50,433 bases of DNA. Source: Candidatus Buchananbacteria bacterium. Lineage in GTDB: Bacteria > Patescibacteriota > Patescibacteriia > Buchananbacterales > UBA6539. Within the stretch, counting starts at the first letter, position 1, and the number at the start of each line of letters is the position of its first letter. The notes under the pieces were generated by a model that did not search any database, was not told the DNA's origin, and was given only the letters and a program-made list of their open reading frames with translations. The stretch is taken from contig JBAYJS010000001.1 of the NCBI GenBank assembly GCA_041664985.1, forward strand, positions 1 through 50,433. The letters are read 5' to 3'. Positions 8,157 through 16,736 of the stretch are shown here, piece after piece. The position numbers were made by a program, and so were the translations under genes.

Positions 8157-9746
8157 ATGGCAATTATCAGGCCAAAACCAGTTGTTTTAGTGATCATGGA
8201 TGGTTTTGGAATTGCGCCGCCGTCAAAAGGCAATGGCGTGACTTTGGCGAAAAAACCAGTTTTTGATTACTTGGTTTCCAATTATCCAGCGATGACTTTG
8301 CAAGCTTCGGGCGAAGCGGTTGGTTTGTCGTGGGGTGAAATGGGAAATTCCGAAGTTGGCCATTTGAATTTGGGTTCGGGAAAAATTGTCTATCAAACTT
8401 TACCAAGAATCAATAAGTCAATTGAAGACGGCAGCTTTGGCGACAATGAAGCTTTCAAGAAAGCTTTTGACCAAGTGAAAAAAAATAAATCGCGATTGCA
8501 TTTACTGGGCTTGGTTTCCAACGGCGGCGTTCATTCACATCAAAATCATTTATACGCTTTGCTTGATTTATGTAAAGCCCAGGGGACCAAGGAAGTTTAT
8601 ATTCACGTGATTTTAGACGGTCGTGATACTAAAAAAGACGGTGGTTTGGATTTTGTTAAACAGCTACAGGCCAAAATCAAAGAAACCGGCGTTGGCAAAA
8701 TTGCCAGTTTGTCAGGACGGTTTTATCCGATGGATCGGGATAATCATTGGGACCGAGAGGAAAAAGCTTTTTTGGCTATTGCTTTGGGTCAATCAGAAAT
8801 TAAAGCTGATGATCCTTTAAAAGCCATTGAGCAATCTTACCAAAACCAAATCTTTGATGAAGAATTTTTGCCAACAGTAATTACCGCCGGCGGTAAACCT
8901 TTAGCAACCATTGAAGATAAAGATGCGGTAATTTTTTTCAATTTCCGCGCTGATCGAGCCAGGCAAATTGCTGCGGCTTTTTCCGTGCCGGGCTTTGATA
9001 AATTTAATCGGCAGAAAGATTATAAAGATTTGGTTTTTGTTACTTTGACCGAATATGAAAAAGATTTGCCAGTTGACGTGGCTTTTGGTCCGGAAAAAAT
9101 TCAAAAACCGCTGGCAAAGATTATTGAAGAAAATAATTTAACCCAGTTGCATGCTGCGGAAACGGAAAAATACGCTCACGTCACTTTTTTCTTCAATGGC
9201 GGAAAAGAAGACGAATTCCAAGGGGAAAATCGGATTTTGGTGCCTTCGCCCTCAGTGCCGTCCTACGATCAAAAACCGGAAATGAGCGCTTTTGAGCTTA
9301 ATGCTAAATTATTGGGTGCAATTAAAGAAGCCAAGCATGATTTTATTGTAGTTAATTATGCCAATCCGGACATGGTGGCGCATACTGGTGTAATTAATGC
9401 AACCATTAAGGGAATCGAAACGGTTGATAAATGTCTTGGTGAATTAGTCAATTTGGTTTTAGCGCAGCAAGGAGTTTGTTTAATTACCGCTGATCATGGC
9501 AACGCCGAAGAACTGATTAATTTACAAACCGGTGAAGTTGATAAAGAACATAGCACCAATCCCGTGCCATTTATTGCCGTTGGCAGCCGTTGGGAGGGCC
9601 AATCAATGGCGGCTGGTTTGGATAATGCCGGCGGCGATTTAAGTATTGTTACGCCTTCAGGGATGTTAGCCGACATTTCGCCAACTATTTTAAAGATTTT
9701 GGAAATTAATCAGCCCGAAGAAATGACTGGCAGTCCGCTGATCTAA
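8157..9746 (+). CDS. gpmI: 2,3-bisphosphoglycerate-independent phosphoglycerate mutase, copy 2 (divergent tandem paralog)
   Basis: 529 aa. Family-typical segments: LVIMDGFG, MGNSEVGHLNLGSG, LDGRDT, GRFYPMDRD, FNFRADRARQ, EKYAHVTFFFNGG, NYANPDMVAHTG, TADHGNAEE. It has an extra Gly/Ala-rich insert near the C-terminus (SRWEGQSMAAGLDNAGGDL). Confidence 0.9.
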   Translation: MAIIRPKPVVLVIMDGFGIAPPSKGNGVTLAKKPVFDYLVSNYPAMTLQASGEAVGLSWGEMGNSEVGHLNLGSGKIVYQTLPRINKSIEDGSFGDNEAFKKAFDQVKKNKSRLHLLGLVSNGGVHSHQNHLYALLDLCKAQGTKEVYIHVILDGRDTKKDGGLDFVKQLQAKIKETGVGKIASLSGRFYPMDRDNHWDREEKAFLAIALGQSEIKADDPLKAIEQSYQNQIFDEEFLPTVITAGGKPLATIEDKDAVIFFNFRADRARQIAAAFSVPGFDKFNRQKDYKDLVFVTLTEYEKDLPVDVAFGPEKIQKPLAKIIEENNLTQLHAAETEKYAHVTFFFNGGKEDEFQGENRILVPSPSVPSYDQKPEMSAFELNAKLLGAIKEAKHDFIVVNYANPDMVAHTGVINATIKGIETVDKCLGELVNLVLAQQGVCLITADHGNAEELINLQTGEVDKEHSTNPVPFIAVGSRWEGQSMAAGLDNAGGDLSIVTPSGMLADISPTILKILEINQPEEMTGSPLI

Positions 9747-9780
9747 TTTATTTAGGATTATATTTTTAAAAATAAAAAAA

Positions 9781-9815
9781 AGAATTACCATTGTTGGGTT
9801 GTAATTCTTTTTTTA
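9781..9815 (+). terminator. Intrinsic terminator after gpmI copy 2
   Basis: AGAATTAC(9781-9788)/GTAATTCT(9801-9808) 8-bp stem followed by T7. Confidence 0.8.
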
Positions 9816-9911
9816 GTTTGTATTACCGGAACAGTTTAATTAAAGTAAAATAAAGTCGTAATATTTACGGCTATTTTTTGTCTAAGGTAAGTTGTTATTT
9901 TGAATTTTCAT

Positions 9912-9940
9912 TTGACATAAACAGCAAGATATTCTATGCT
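9912..9940 (+). promoter_or_regulatory. Sigma-70-type promoter of GC-rich cassette A
   Basis: TTGACA (9912-9917), 17 nt, TATGCT (9935-9940). Confidence 0.55.
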
Positions 9941-9985
9941 ATATTGTTAGTTATTTATTAATATATTTCTACGGTTACCTCTAAT

Positions 9986-10090
9986 TTTGCCATGGCAGAA
10001 AGCCCATTATTATTAGTGGATTATCTGCTGTGGCAAACCCAAGCCCGGCCCTCAAATAGCCAAGTCGGCGTTTCCGCATTGGGCGGAAAC
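9986..10090 (+). promoter_or_regulatory. Structured 5' leader of cassette A (two hairpins upstream of the SD)
   Basis: Hairpin 1 pairs TTTGCCATGGCAG (9986-9998) with CTGCTGTGGCAAA (10025-10037); two of the pairs are G-U wobbles that work only on the + strand RNA. Hairpin 2 is GTTTCCGC-ATTGG-GCGGAAAC (10070-10090), abutting AAGGAGG (10091-10097). A second AGGAG (10102-10106) lies 7 nt before the ATG. Confidence 0.55.
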
Positions 10091-10113
10091 AAGGAGGCGG
10101 CAGGAGATGGAAT

Positions 10114-10725
10114 ATGAAGACGTTGAATTGGAAAGAAGTCGGACGGTTTTTGTCGGTAGTTCAAAATTTGTATGCAGTTATTCATTATGCGTTCTCGGGT
10201 GCAGGAGTGGGACTCGAGATCATCGAGGTCGACGAGAACACCATCCGCGTCAATCTTGACGCACCGCCCACGCTACCGTTTAACGGAGCAATGGTGAAAA
10301 CCAACAGGAAGGGCGGCTGGGTCACTCTGCAAAAGCGAGCCGACGGACTGTATCAGGATGGCCATAAGTTCAGCCTGTATCGGTCCGAATACCAGAAGAA
10401 CGGCCAGGTTATCGGAGGTTATGATCTTGGCAACGAAGTGGTAAACCTTCCGGTCGTGCATCCCAACATTGAGGACGCGCTCCTGAAATATCCTCACCTC
10501 ATTCCCGAGAAATGGAAGAAAGATGAAAATGGCAATACCATTTACATTTACTTCTGGGCTGTCACATTCAGTGATCGGGACGGCCGTGTCTGCGTTCGCT
10601 GTATGTGCTTCGACGACGACGGTTGGCGCCGGGACTGCGTCAGGCTGGACGGCAGCGACTTCGGCGGCAGAGGCCCGGCGGCGGTCCTCACAGGTAACCT
10701 AAGTCCTTCGGACTTAAGAACTTAG
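10114..10725 (+). CDS. Cassette A: hypothetical 203-aa protein, GC-rich, Cys/Trp/Asp-rich C-terminus; no family recognised
   Basis: Long ORF in a visibly GC-rich stretch with C/G-ending codons (atc gag gtc gac gag aac acc atc cgc). AGGAG lies 7 nt upstream of the ATG. R/G/D-rich composition differs from the K/I/N-rich neighbours. Confidence 0.75.
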   Translation: MKTLNWKEVGRFLSVVQNLYAVIHYAFSGAGVGLEIIEVDENTIRVNLDAPPTLPFNGAMVKTNRKGGWVTLQKRADGLYQDGHKFSLYRSEYQKNGQVIGGYDLGNEVVNLPVVHPNIEDALLKYPHLIPEKWKKDENGNTIYIYFWAVTFSDRDGRVCVRCMCFDDDGWRRDCVRLDGSDFGGRGPAAVLTGNLSPSDLRT

Positions 10726-10770
10726 ACCTTGACTTTTGGTCTCAGTGCTTAGTCCTTGGATATGTAACTC

Positions 10771-10819
10771 ATCGACTCGCGTTGGTTCTCATAGACTGGC
10801 GCGGGTCGATTTCTTTTTA
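10771..10819 (+). terminator. Intrinsic terminator of cassette A
   Basis: ATCGACTCGCG (10771-10781) pairs with CGCGGGTCGAT (10800-10810), 11 bp including one U-G wobble, followed by TTCTTTTT. Confidence 0.7.
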
Positions 10820-10827
10820 CCCCCCCC
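10820..10827. repeat. Homopolymeric C8 tract
   Basis: ttac cccccccc gtt, read directly. It lies between the cassette A terminator and the start of the glycosyltransferase gene. Confidence 0.9.
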
Positions 10828-10890
10828 GTTAGATGTTTTAGTGGGAGTTAGCAGCTTGCCAAAACTGATTTTTTGTGGTTAAATAAGGGC

Positions 10891-12384
10891 ATGAAAGCAA
10901 ATATAAAATTCCGAATTTTAGAAATTATTCCAGGATTTCTAGTCTGGTTAACAATCCTTGGCACCATTCTTCTTTCCTTTATTAAGCCTTTATGGGCGAT
11001 TTATTTTATTATCGCTTTTGACTTATATTGGTTGCTTAGGATTTTATACATGCTAATTTACCTTTTGGCTTCCTGGAAACGTTATCGCCACGATTTGAGC
11101 ATTGATTGGTTTGCTAAAGTCAAAGAATTGCCAAAGGATTACAATGAGTATTATCATTTGATTTTTTTGCCAACCTATAAAGAGCCTTATCAAATTGTTG
11201 AAAAACCTTTTTTGGCGTTATGCCAATCAAATTATGATTTGAAAAAATTTATTGTGGTTTTGGCGGGTGAAGAGCTGGATCAAGATAATTTTTTACAGAT
11301 TTCTGAAAAAATTAAGCAAGAATACGGTGATAAGTTTTTTCAGTTTTTAATTACAATTCATCCGGCCCATGTTCCCGGCGAGCTTCAGGGTAAAGGTTCA
11401 AACACGCACTATGCTGCCAGGCAAGCTCAGAAGTTGATTGACCAACTTGGTTTTGACTACGCCAAGGTGATTGTTTCTAATTTTGATATTGACACCTGCG
11501 TTCATCCGCAATATTTTTCTTATTTAACCTATAAGTATTTAACTCATCCAAATCCGACGCGAGCAAGTTATCAACCGATTGCGATTTATAATAATAACGT
11601 TTGGGAGTCTAATCCGATTGTTCGAGTGGTAGCCAGTTCCACAACTTTTTGGCTTTTGACTGACCTGTCGCGGCCGGAACGGCTTTTTACTTTTTCCTCT
11701 CACAGTATGAGTTTTCGGGCCTTGGTTGATGTTGGCTTTTGGGACAATACGATTGTAACTGAAGATTCAAGAATTTTTTTGCAATGTTTGGTTCGCTATG
11801 ATGGCGATTATGAAACCGTACCAATGTATCTACCGGTTTATATGAATACTGTTGATATTGGTAATTTGTGGCGCAGTCTGAAAAATCAATATAAACAAAT
11901 GCGGCGCTGGGCTTGGGGTGTTGAACATTTCCCCTGGATGGTTAAAGAATTTTGGTTTAAAGAAGGTCAGGGTAAAAAAGTTCCATTTTTAAAAAAAATG
12001 TATTATTTATGGAATCAAACTGAGGGCGTTTATTCTTGGGCAACGGCGCCAATTATTATTTTGTTGGCTGGGCATTTACCTTTGTGGTTAGCGGCCCAAA
12101 ATGATCGGACAACGGCTTTATTTCAAAATGCACCTCACGTTTTAGCTTGGTTGATGCGTTTTTCGATGTTTGGCATGATTGTAATCGCAATATTGTATGC
12201 GATAATGTTGCCCCAAAAACCAAAACATTATCATTGGCATAATTATTTTGTCATGGTGTTGCAATGGGTTTTGGTGCCGGTGACTTTAATTCTTTTTGGG
12301 TCGATACCGGCAACCGATGCTCAAACCAGGTTAATGCTTGGTGGTAAATTCAGACTTGGTTTTTGGGTAACCGAGAAAAAATAA
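10891..12384 (+). CDS. Integral-membrane family-2 glycosyltransferase (processive beta-glycan synthase-like)
   Basis: N- and C-terminal TM segments flank a GT-A domain with TEDSRIF (TED-like) and QYKQMRRWAWG (QxxRW) motifs. ATG at 10891 is preferred over the TTG at 10873 listed in the track. Confidence 0.8.
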   Translation: MKANIKFRILEIIPGFLVWLTILGTILLSFIKPLWAIYFIIAFDLYWLLRILYMLIYLLASWKRYRHDLSIDWFAKVKELPKDYNEYYHLIFLPTYKEPYQIVEKPFLALCQSNYDLKKFIVVLAGEELDQDNFLQISEKIKQEYGDKFFQFLITIHPAHVPGELQGKGSNTHYAARQAQKLIDQLGFDYAKVIVSNFDIDTCVHPQYFSYLTYKYLTHPNPTRASYQPIAIYNNNVWESNPIVRVVASSTTFWLLTDLSRPERLFTFSSHSMSFRALVDVGFWDNTIVTEDSRIFLQCLVRYDGDYETVPMYLPVYMNTVDIGNLWRSLKNQYKQMRRWAWGVEHFPWMVKEFWFKEGQGKKVPFLKKMYYLWNQTEGVYSWATAPIIILLAGHLPLWLAAQNDRTTALFQNAPHVLAWLMRFSMFGMIVIAILYAIMLPQKPKHYHWHNYFVMVLQWVLVPVTLILFGSIPATDAQTRLMLGGKFRLGFWVTEKK

Positions 12385-12437
12385 AAAATTATCATTAAAT
12401 CTTATTAATTTCTTATTTCCTTAATTTATTATTTTTC

Positions 12438-13463
12438 ATGGCTAAAGTTTCAATTCAAATTGTTACCTGGAATTCACTCAATTACATTTTTGATTGTTTG
12501 GAATCTTTAATGCGCCAAAGTTTCAGGGATTTTTCGGTTTTGGTAATTGACAACGGTTCAGACGATGGCACGGTTGAATTTATCAGATCAAATTATCCGA
12601 CAGTTTCAATCTTACAAAATTTTAAAAATACCGGTTTTTGTAAAGCCAATAACCAAGGAATCCTGTTAGCCAAAAGCGAGTATGTTTTGGTGGTAAATCC
12701 CGACGTAATTTTGGATCAGAATTATTTACAAAACCTTGTAACTTTTGCCGATCAATGCCCAAAGGGTGCGAGCTTTGGCGGTAAAATTTTGAAAATTCAC
12801 AGTGAAGCTTTTGATTTAAATGAAGAATCGGGCTTGCGTGAAGTTGTAAAATCGGACGTGATTGATTCGGTTGGTTTTAAAATTTTTAAAAGTCGGCGGG
12901 TAGTTGACTGGGGCGAAGGTGAAAAAGATCAGGGTCAGTATGATAAAGTTCAAGAAGTTTTTGGCAATACCGGTGCTTGTGTTTTATATCGCCAGTCGGC
13001 TTTGCAGGATATTGTGATTAAAAATGAATTTTTTGACAATGATTTTTTTGCTTATAAAGAAGATATTGATATTGCCTGGCATTTTCGACTTTCGGGTTGG
13101 CAGTGCTGGTATTGTCCAACGGCGATTTGCTATCACCATCGACAGTTTCCCGGTGCCGGCGAAAATTTGATTAAAAATTTTAAACATCGTCGAGCCGTTT
13201 CCAAAGTTTTAAGATCGCTTTCACTTCGAAATTATCACCTGATGCTGGTTAAAAACGATCAATGGTCAAATGTTGTTATGTCTTTGCCTTGGTTTTTATT
13301 TCGAGAATTAAAAATTGTTATTTACGCTTTAATTTTAGAGCCGTTTCAGTATCAAACTCTGGTTGAATTTTTTAAGCTTTTACCCAGTGCCTTGAGGAAA
13401 AGGAAAGTGATTATGGCTCACAAAAAAGTCAGTGCCAAAGAAATGAGAAAATGGTTTAAATAA
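12438..13463 (+). CDS. Family-2 glycosyltransferase (rhamnosyltransferase-like)
   Basis: VSIQIVTWNS, VIDNGSDDGT, VNPDV and YKEDIDIAW are typical GT2 DxD/ED motifs. Confidence 0.85.
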   Translation: MAKVSIQIVTWNSLNYIFDCLESLMRQSFRDFSVLVIDNGSDDGTVEFIRSNYPTVSILQNFKNTGFCKANNQGILLAKSEYVLVVNPDVILDQNYLQNLVTFADQCPKGASFGGKILKIHSEAFDLNEESGLREVVKSDVIDSVGFKIFKSRRVVDWGEGEKDQGQYDKVQEVFGNTGACVLYRQSALQDIVIKNEFFDNDFFAYKEDIDIAWHFRLSGWQCWYCPTAICYHHRQFPGAGENLIKNFKHRRAVSKVLRSLSLRNYHLMLVKNDQWSNVVMSLPWFLFRELKIVIYALILEPFQYQTLVEFFKLLPSALRKRKVIMAHKKVSAKEMRKWFK

Positions 13464-13477
13464 TTTTTGTTTTGACT

Positions 13478-14347
13478 ATGGACTTATCAATTGTCATCCT
13501 AAATTATAAACAAAAAGGCCTTTTGAAACAGTGTCTGAAAGGAATTATTTTGGCTCAGCCGCAACTTGATTATGAAATTATTGTGGTTGATAATAAATCA
13601 GATGATGGCAGCCTGGAAATGGTTAAAGAAATTTTTTTGGCAAAAAAAGATGATAATCAGCCTCAGCTTAAACTACCAATTACCAAACCTTTAGCCGTGC
13701 CGCCAATTCAGACAATTCAAGCTGATGTCAATAATGGTTTTGCCGCCGGCAATAATTTGGGTATTGCTAAAGCTTTGGGTAAATATGTTATGATTTTGAA
13801 TCCTGATGTGGCAATCGTTTCCGGAGTTTTAGAAAAGATGGTTGATTTTATGCAAAACAATTCCGATGTTGGTATGATCGGACCAAGATTGATTAATCCT
13901 GACGGCAGCACTCAATATTCTTGTCGTCGGTTTCCGGGTTCGCTGGTGCCGGTTTATCGGCGAACAATTTTTGGTAAATTGCCTTTTGCCAAAAAAATTA
14001 TTGACAGCTACTTAATGCTTGATTTTGATCACGAAAATAACCGTTTGGTGGATTGGCTGTTTGGCGCTTGCTTGGTTATTCGTAAATCGGCATTGGATAA
14101 AGTCGGATCTTTTGATGAGAAGTTTTTTATGTATTTTGAGGATTTGGATTTATGCCGCCGGTTTTGGCAGCAAAATTTTAAAGTTCTGTATTTTGCCGGT
14201 GCGGAAATGGTTCATTACCATCAGCAGTGGTCAACGGAAAAAGGTGGGATTTTTGGTGTTTTGCGGCGCGGTGGCCGCGTCCATGTGGCTTCCGGTATCA
14301 AATATTTTATTAAATATTTTGGGACTAAAATACCGGTGAAAAATTAA
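13478..14347 (+). CDS. Family-2 glycosyltransferase
   Basis: LSIVILNYK, VVDNKSDDGS, LNPDV, GACLVIRK and YFEDLDLC. ATG at 13478 (the track lists TTG at 13472). Confidence 0.85.
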   Translation: MDLSIVILNYKQKGLLKQCLKGIILAQPQLDYEIIVVDNKSDDGSLEMVKEIFLAKKDDNQPQLKLPITKPLAVPPIQTIQADVNNGFAAGNNLGIAKALGKYVMILNPDVAIVSGVLEKMVDFMQNNSDVGMIGPRLINPDGSTQYSCRRFPGSLVPVYRRTIFGKLPFAKKIIDSYLMLDFDHENNRLVDWLFGACLVIRKSALDKVGSFDEKFFMYFEDLDLCRRFWQQNFKVLYFAGAEMVHYHQQWSTEKGGIFGVLRRGGRVHVASGIKYFIKYFGTKIPVKN

Positions 14348-14408
14348 CCAAGGCTTGCCAAAAGCGGTTAATTTGTTTAAGATTAAGGAACGAAAATAAC
14401 TTTTTTAT

Positions 14409-15416
14409 ATGTTGATTAAGAAAATTGGAATTGATTTAGGAACAACCAACTCATTGGTTTATTTGCCAAAGCGGGGGATTGTAATTAACGAACCATCAGT
14501 GGTGGCAGTTTCGTCAGTTGATAAAAAAATCTTGGCCGTCGGGGCTGAAGCTAAGGAAATGCTTGGCCGAACGCCGGATACGATTATTGCCGTTAGGCCA
14601 ATGAAAGACGGTGTGATTGCTGATTATAAAACCACCGCCGCTATGTTGCGCTATTTTGTCAATAAAGCTTTGGGCGGCGTGAGACTTTTTCGGCCAGAAG
14701 TAATGGTGGCGGTGCCCGCCGGTATTACTTCAACTGAAAGAAGAGCAGTAATTGATGCCACAATTGCCGCCGGTGCCAAAGCGGCTTATATTATCAAAGA
14801 ACCGATTGTGGCAGCGATTGGCGCCAATATTCCAATTGGTTCGCCTTCAGGCCATATGATTATTGATATTGGCGGTGGTACCTCGGAAATGGCGGTTATT
14901 TCTTTAGGCGGAATTGTCGCTTCCACGTCCGTTCGGATTGGCGGCAACCGATTTGATAGCGCCATTGCCGAATATGTTCGCCGGAAATACAATTTGGCAA
15001 TCGGTGAGAGAACGGCTGAACGGATAAAAATTGATATTGGTTCGGCTATGTATATGGAAGAGCGGCTTTTAACCGAGGTTCGCGGTCGGGATATTGTAAC
15101 AGGTTTACCGCGAACAATTGAAGTTACCTCTGACGATGTGACTGATGGAATTCAAAATGAACTTGAAGGAATTATCCAGGCAGTTAAAGATGTTTTACAC
15201 AAAACGCCGCCCGAACTTTCGGCTGACGTTATTGATAAAGGTATCATTATGTCTGGCGGTTCAAGTTTATTACGAAATATTGATCAACTTATCACTCAAG
15301 TTACCGGCGTACCGGCCTATATTGCCGATGAAGCGCTATTTTGTGTGGCCAAAGGTACTGGTATTGCCTTAGAAAATTTGGAATCATATAAGAGAAGTAT
15401 TCTATCAATAAAATAA
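14409..15416 (+). CDS. mreB: Rod-shape-determining actin homolog MreB, copy 1
   Basis: IGIDLGTTNSLVY, RPMKDGVIADY, VPAGITSTERRAV, IDIGGGTSE.AVISLGGIV and GGSSLLRNID. Confidence 0.93.
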   Translation: MLIKKIGIDLGTTNSLVYLPKRGIVINEPSVVAVSSVDKKILAVGAEAKEMLGRTPDTIIAVRPMKDGVIADYKTTAAMLRYFVNKALGGVRLFRPEVMVAVPAGITSTERRAVIDATIAAGAKAAYIIKEPIVAAIGANIPIGSPSGHMIIDIGGGTSEMAVISLGGIVASTSVRIGGNRFDSAIAEYVRRKYNLAIGERTAERIKIDIGSAMYMEERLLTEVRGRDIVTGLPRTIEVTSDDVTDGIQNELEGIIQAVKDVLHKTPPELSADVIDKGIIMSGGSSLLRNIDQLITQVTGVPAYIADEALFCVAKGTGIALENLESYKRSILSIK

Positions 15417-15430
15417 TAAAATATAAAACT

Positions 15431-15535
15431 ATGGGACAAAACAGCGCTTTAAAAGCCAGAATCAAGCATGCCAAAAAAAACACCAAAATTGGCAAGCGTT
15501 TGGCTAAAAATACAAAAGATCTAAGAAGAAAATAA
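15431..15535 (+). CDS. Possible 34-aa highly basic micro-protein (MGQNSALKARIKHAKKNTKIGKRLAKNTKDLRRK)
   Basis: An ATG ORF below the track cutoff, 15 nt after the mreB stop, followed by a hairpin terminator at 15559-15581. No homology recognised. Confidence 0.3.
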   Translation: MGQNSALKARIKHAKKNTKIGKRLAKNTKDLRRK

Positions 15536-15558
15536 TAAATTTTTAGGTTGAAATATTA

Positions 15559-15581
15559 AGCCTGATTTAAGGCTGTTTTTT
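15559..15581 (+). terminator. Intrinsic terminator after mreB copy 1 and the micro-ORF
   Basis: AGCCT (15559-15563)/AGGCT (15570-15574) stem followed by GTTTTTT. Confidence 0.55.
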
Positions 15582-15608
15582 GTTGGCAAAATTTGGTATA
15601 ATTAAATT

Positions 15609-16622
15609 ATGAAAAAAATTCAAGCGTTGCCGAAAAAAACAATGGTATTCTTAGGATTAATTTTGGTTTTAGTTGGATTAATTATTTTTTCTTTTTGGCA
15701 AAATTTTGGTCTTGGTAAAACTCAAATTTACGGCGTAACTTTCAGTAAAAAATACGCCACCGAGCTTGGTTTAGATTGGCAGAAAAATTATTTGGCGATT
15801 CTGTATGATTTAAAAGTCAGTCATGTTCGTTTGATCGCCTACTGGGACGAAATTGAAAAAACCAAAGACCAGTATGATTTTTCGGAGCTTGATTGGCAGT
15901 TAAGGCAAGCAACTAACGCCGGAGCCAAAGTCATTTTGACGGTTGGCCGACGTACGCCGCGCTGGCCGGAGTGTCACGATCCGTTATGGCTTAATCAATT
16001 AAATAATCAGACAATAAATCAAAAGCAACTTGATTTTGTTAAAACCACGATTTTACGCTACCAAGACCAAACCAACGTCTCTGCTTGGCAAATTGAAAAT
16101 GAACCAATGCTTTCGGTTTTTGGTCAATGTCCGACTCCCAGTCTGGATCTTTTGCGTCAGGAAGTTAACCTGGTTAAATCACTTGATAAAAGGTTGGTAA
16201 TTGTGACTGATAGCGGTGAATTGGGCGATTGGCAAAAAGTCGCCGGTGTAGCTGATGTTTTGGGTAGTACGATGTATCGAATTGTTTGGAATAAGTATTT
16301 TGGTTTCTGGGATTATTTTTTTGTGCCGCCGGCCTTTTATCGCTACAAAGCCGATCTGACCCAGACTTTGCATCCAAATTTGAGAGATGTGATTATCACC
16401 GAATTGCAAATGGAGCCGTGGACTCTGGACGGTTTAATGATTAATCAAAGTATTGCCAATCAGCAAAAATCATTTACTTTGAAGCGCTTTAAGGATAATA
16501 TCGCCTATGTTAAAAAGGCCGGATTTTCTCAAGTTTATCTTTGGGGAGTTGAATATTGGTATTGGCAAATGCAGCAGGGCTACCCGGAATATTGGCAACA
16601 GGCCAAAAAACTGTGGCAGTAG
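15609..16622 (+). CDS. Membrane-anchored clan GH-A (TIM-barrel) glycoside hydrolase-like protein
   Basis: N-terminal TM helix. WQIENEP (acid/base NEP motif) and a later ITELQMEPW (candidate nucleophile Glu) match the GH5/GH-A pattern. Confidence 0.6.
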   Translation: MKKIQALPKKTMVFLGLILVLVGLIIFSFWQNFGLGKTQIYGVTFSKKYATELGLDWQKNYLAILYDLKVSHVRLIAYWDEIEKTKDQYDFSELDWQLRQATNAGAKVILTVGRRTPRWPECHDPLWLNQLNNQTINQKQLDFVKTTILRYQDQTNVSAWQIENEPMLSVFGQCPTPSLDLLRQEVNLVKSLDKRLVIVTDSGELGDWQKVAGVADVLGSTMYRIVWNKYFGFWDYFFVPPAFYRYKADLTQTLHPNLRDVIITELQMEPWTLDGLMINQSIANQQKSFTLKRFKDNIAYVKKAGFSQVYLWGVEYWYWQMQQGYPEYWQQAKKLWQ

Positions 16623-16643
16623 CGTAAACAATTTTTAATTTTT

Positions 16644-16675
16644 GGGCATTTGTGGTTGTCAGTGCCCTTTTTATT
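16644..16675 (+). terminator. Intrinsic terminator
   Basis: GGGCA (16644-16648)/TGCCC (16663-16667) stem followed by TTTTTATTTTT. Confidence 0.6.
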
Positions 16676-16736
16676 TTTGTTATTTTGTGTTATAATTTAG
16701 GCTTGCCAAATCCTGATTTTATGCTAAAATATATCT

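Noticed and set aside
14019-14339. 106-aa + strand ORF inside the third GT2 gene; 61-75-aa alternative-frame ORFs in rseP (20209-20436), eno (4861-5049, 5281-5472), MTase (1185-1385) and radical SAM (44618-44875)
   Set aside because: These are same-strand out-of-frame ORFs within well-supported genes, with no independent signals.
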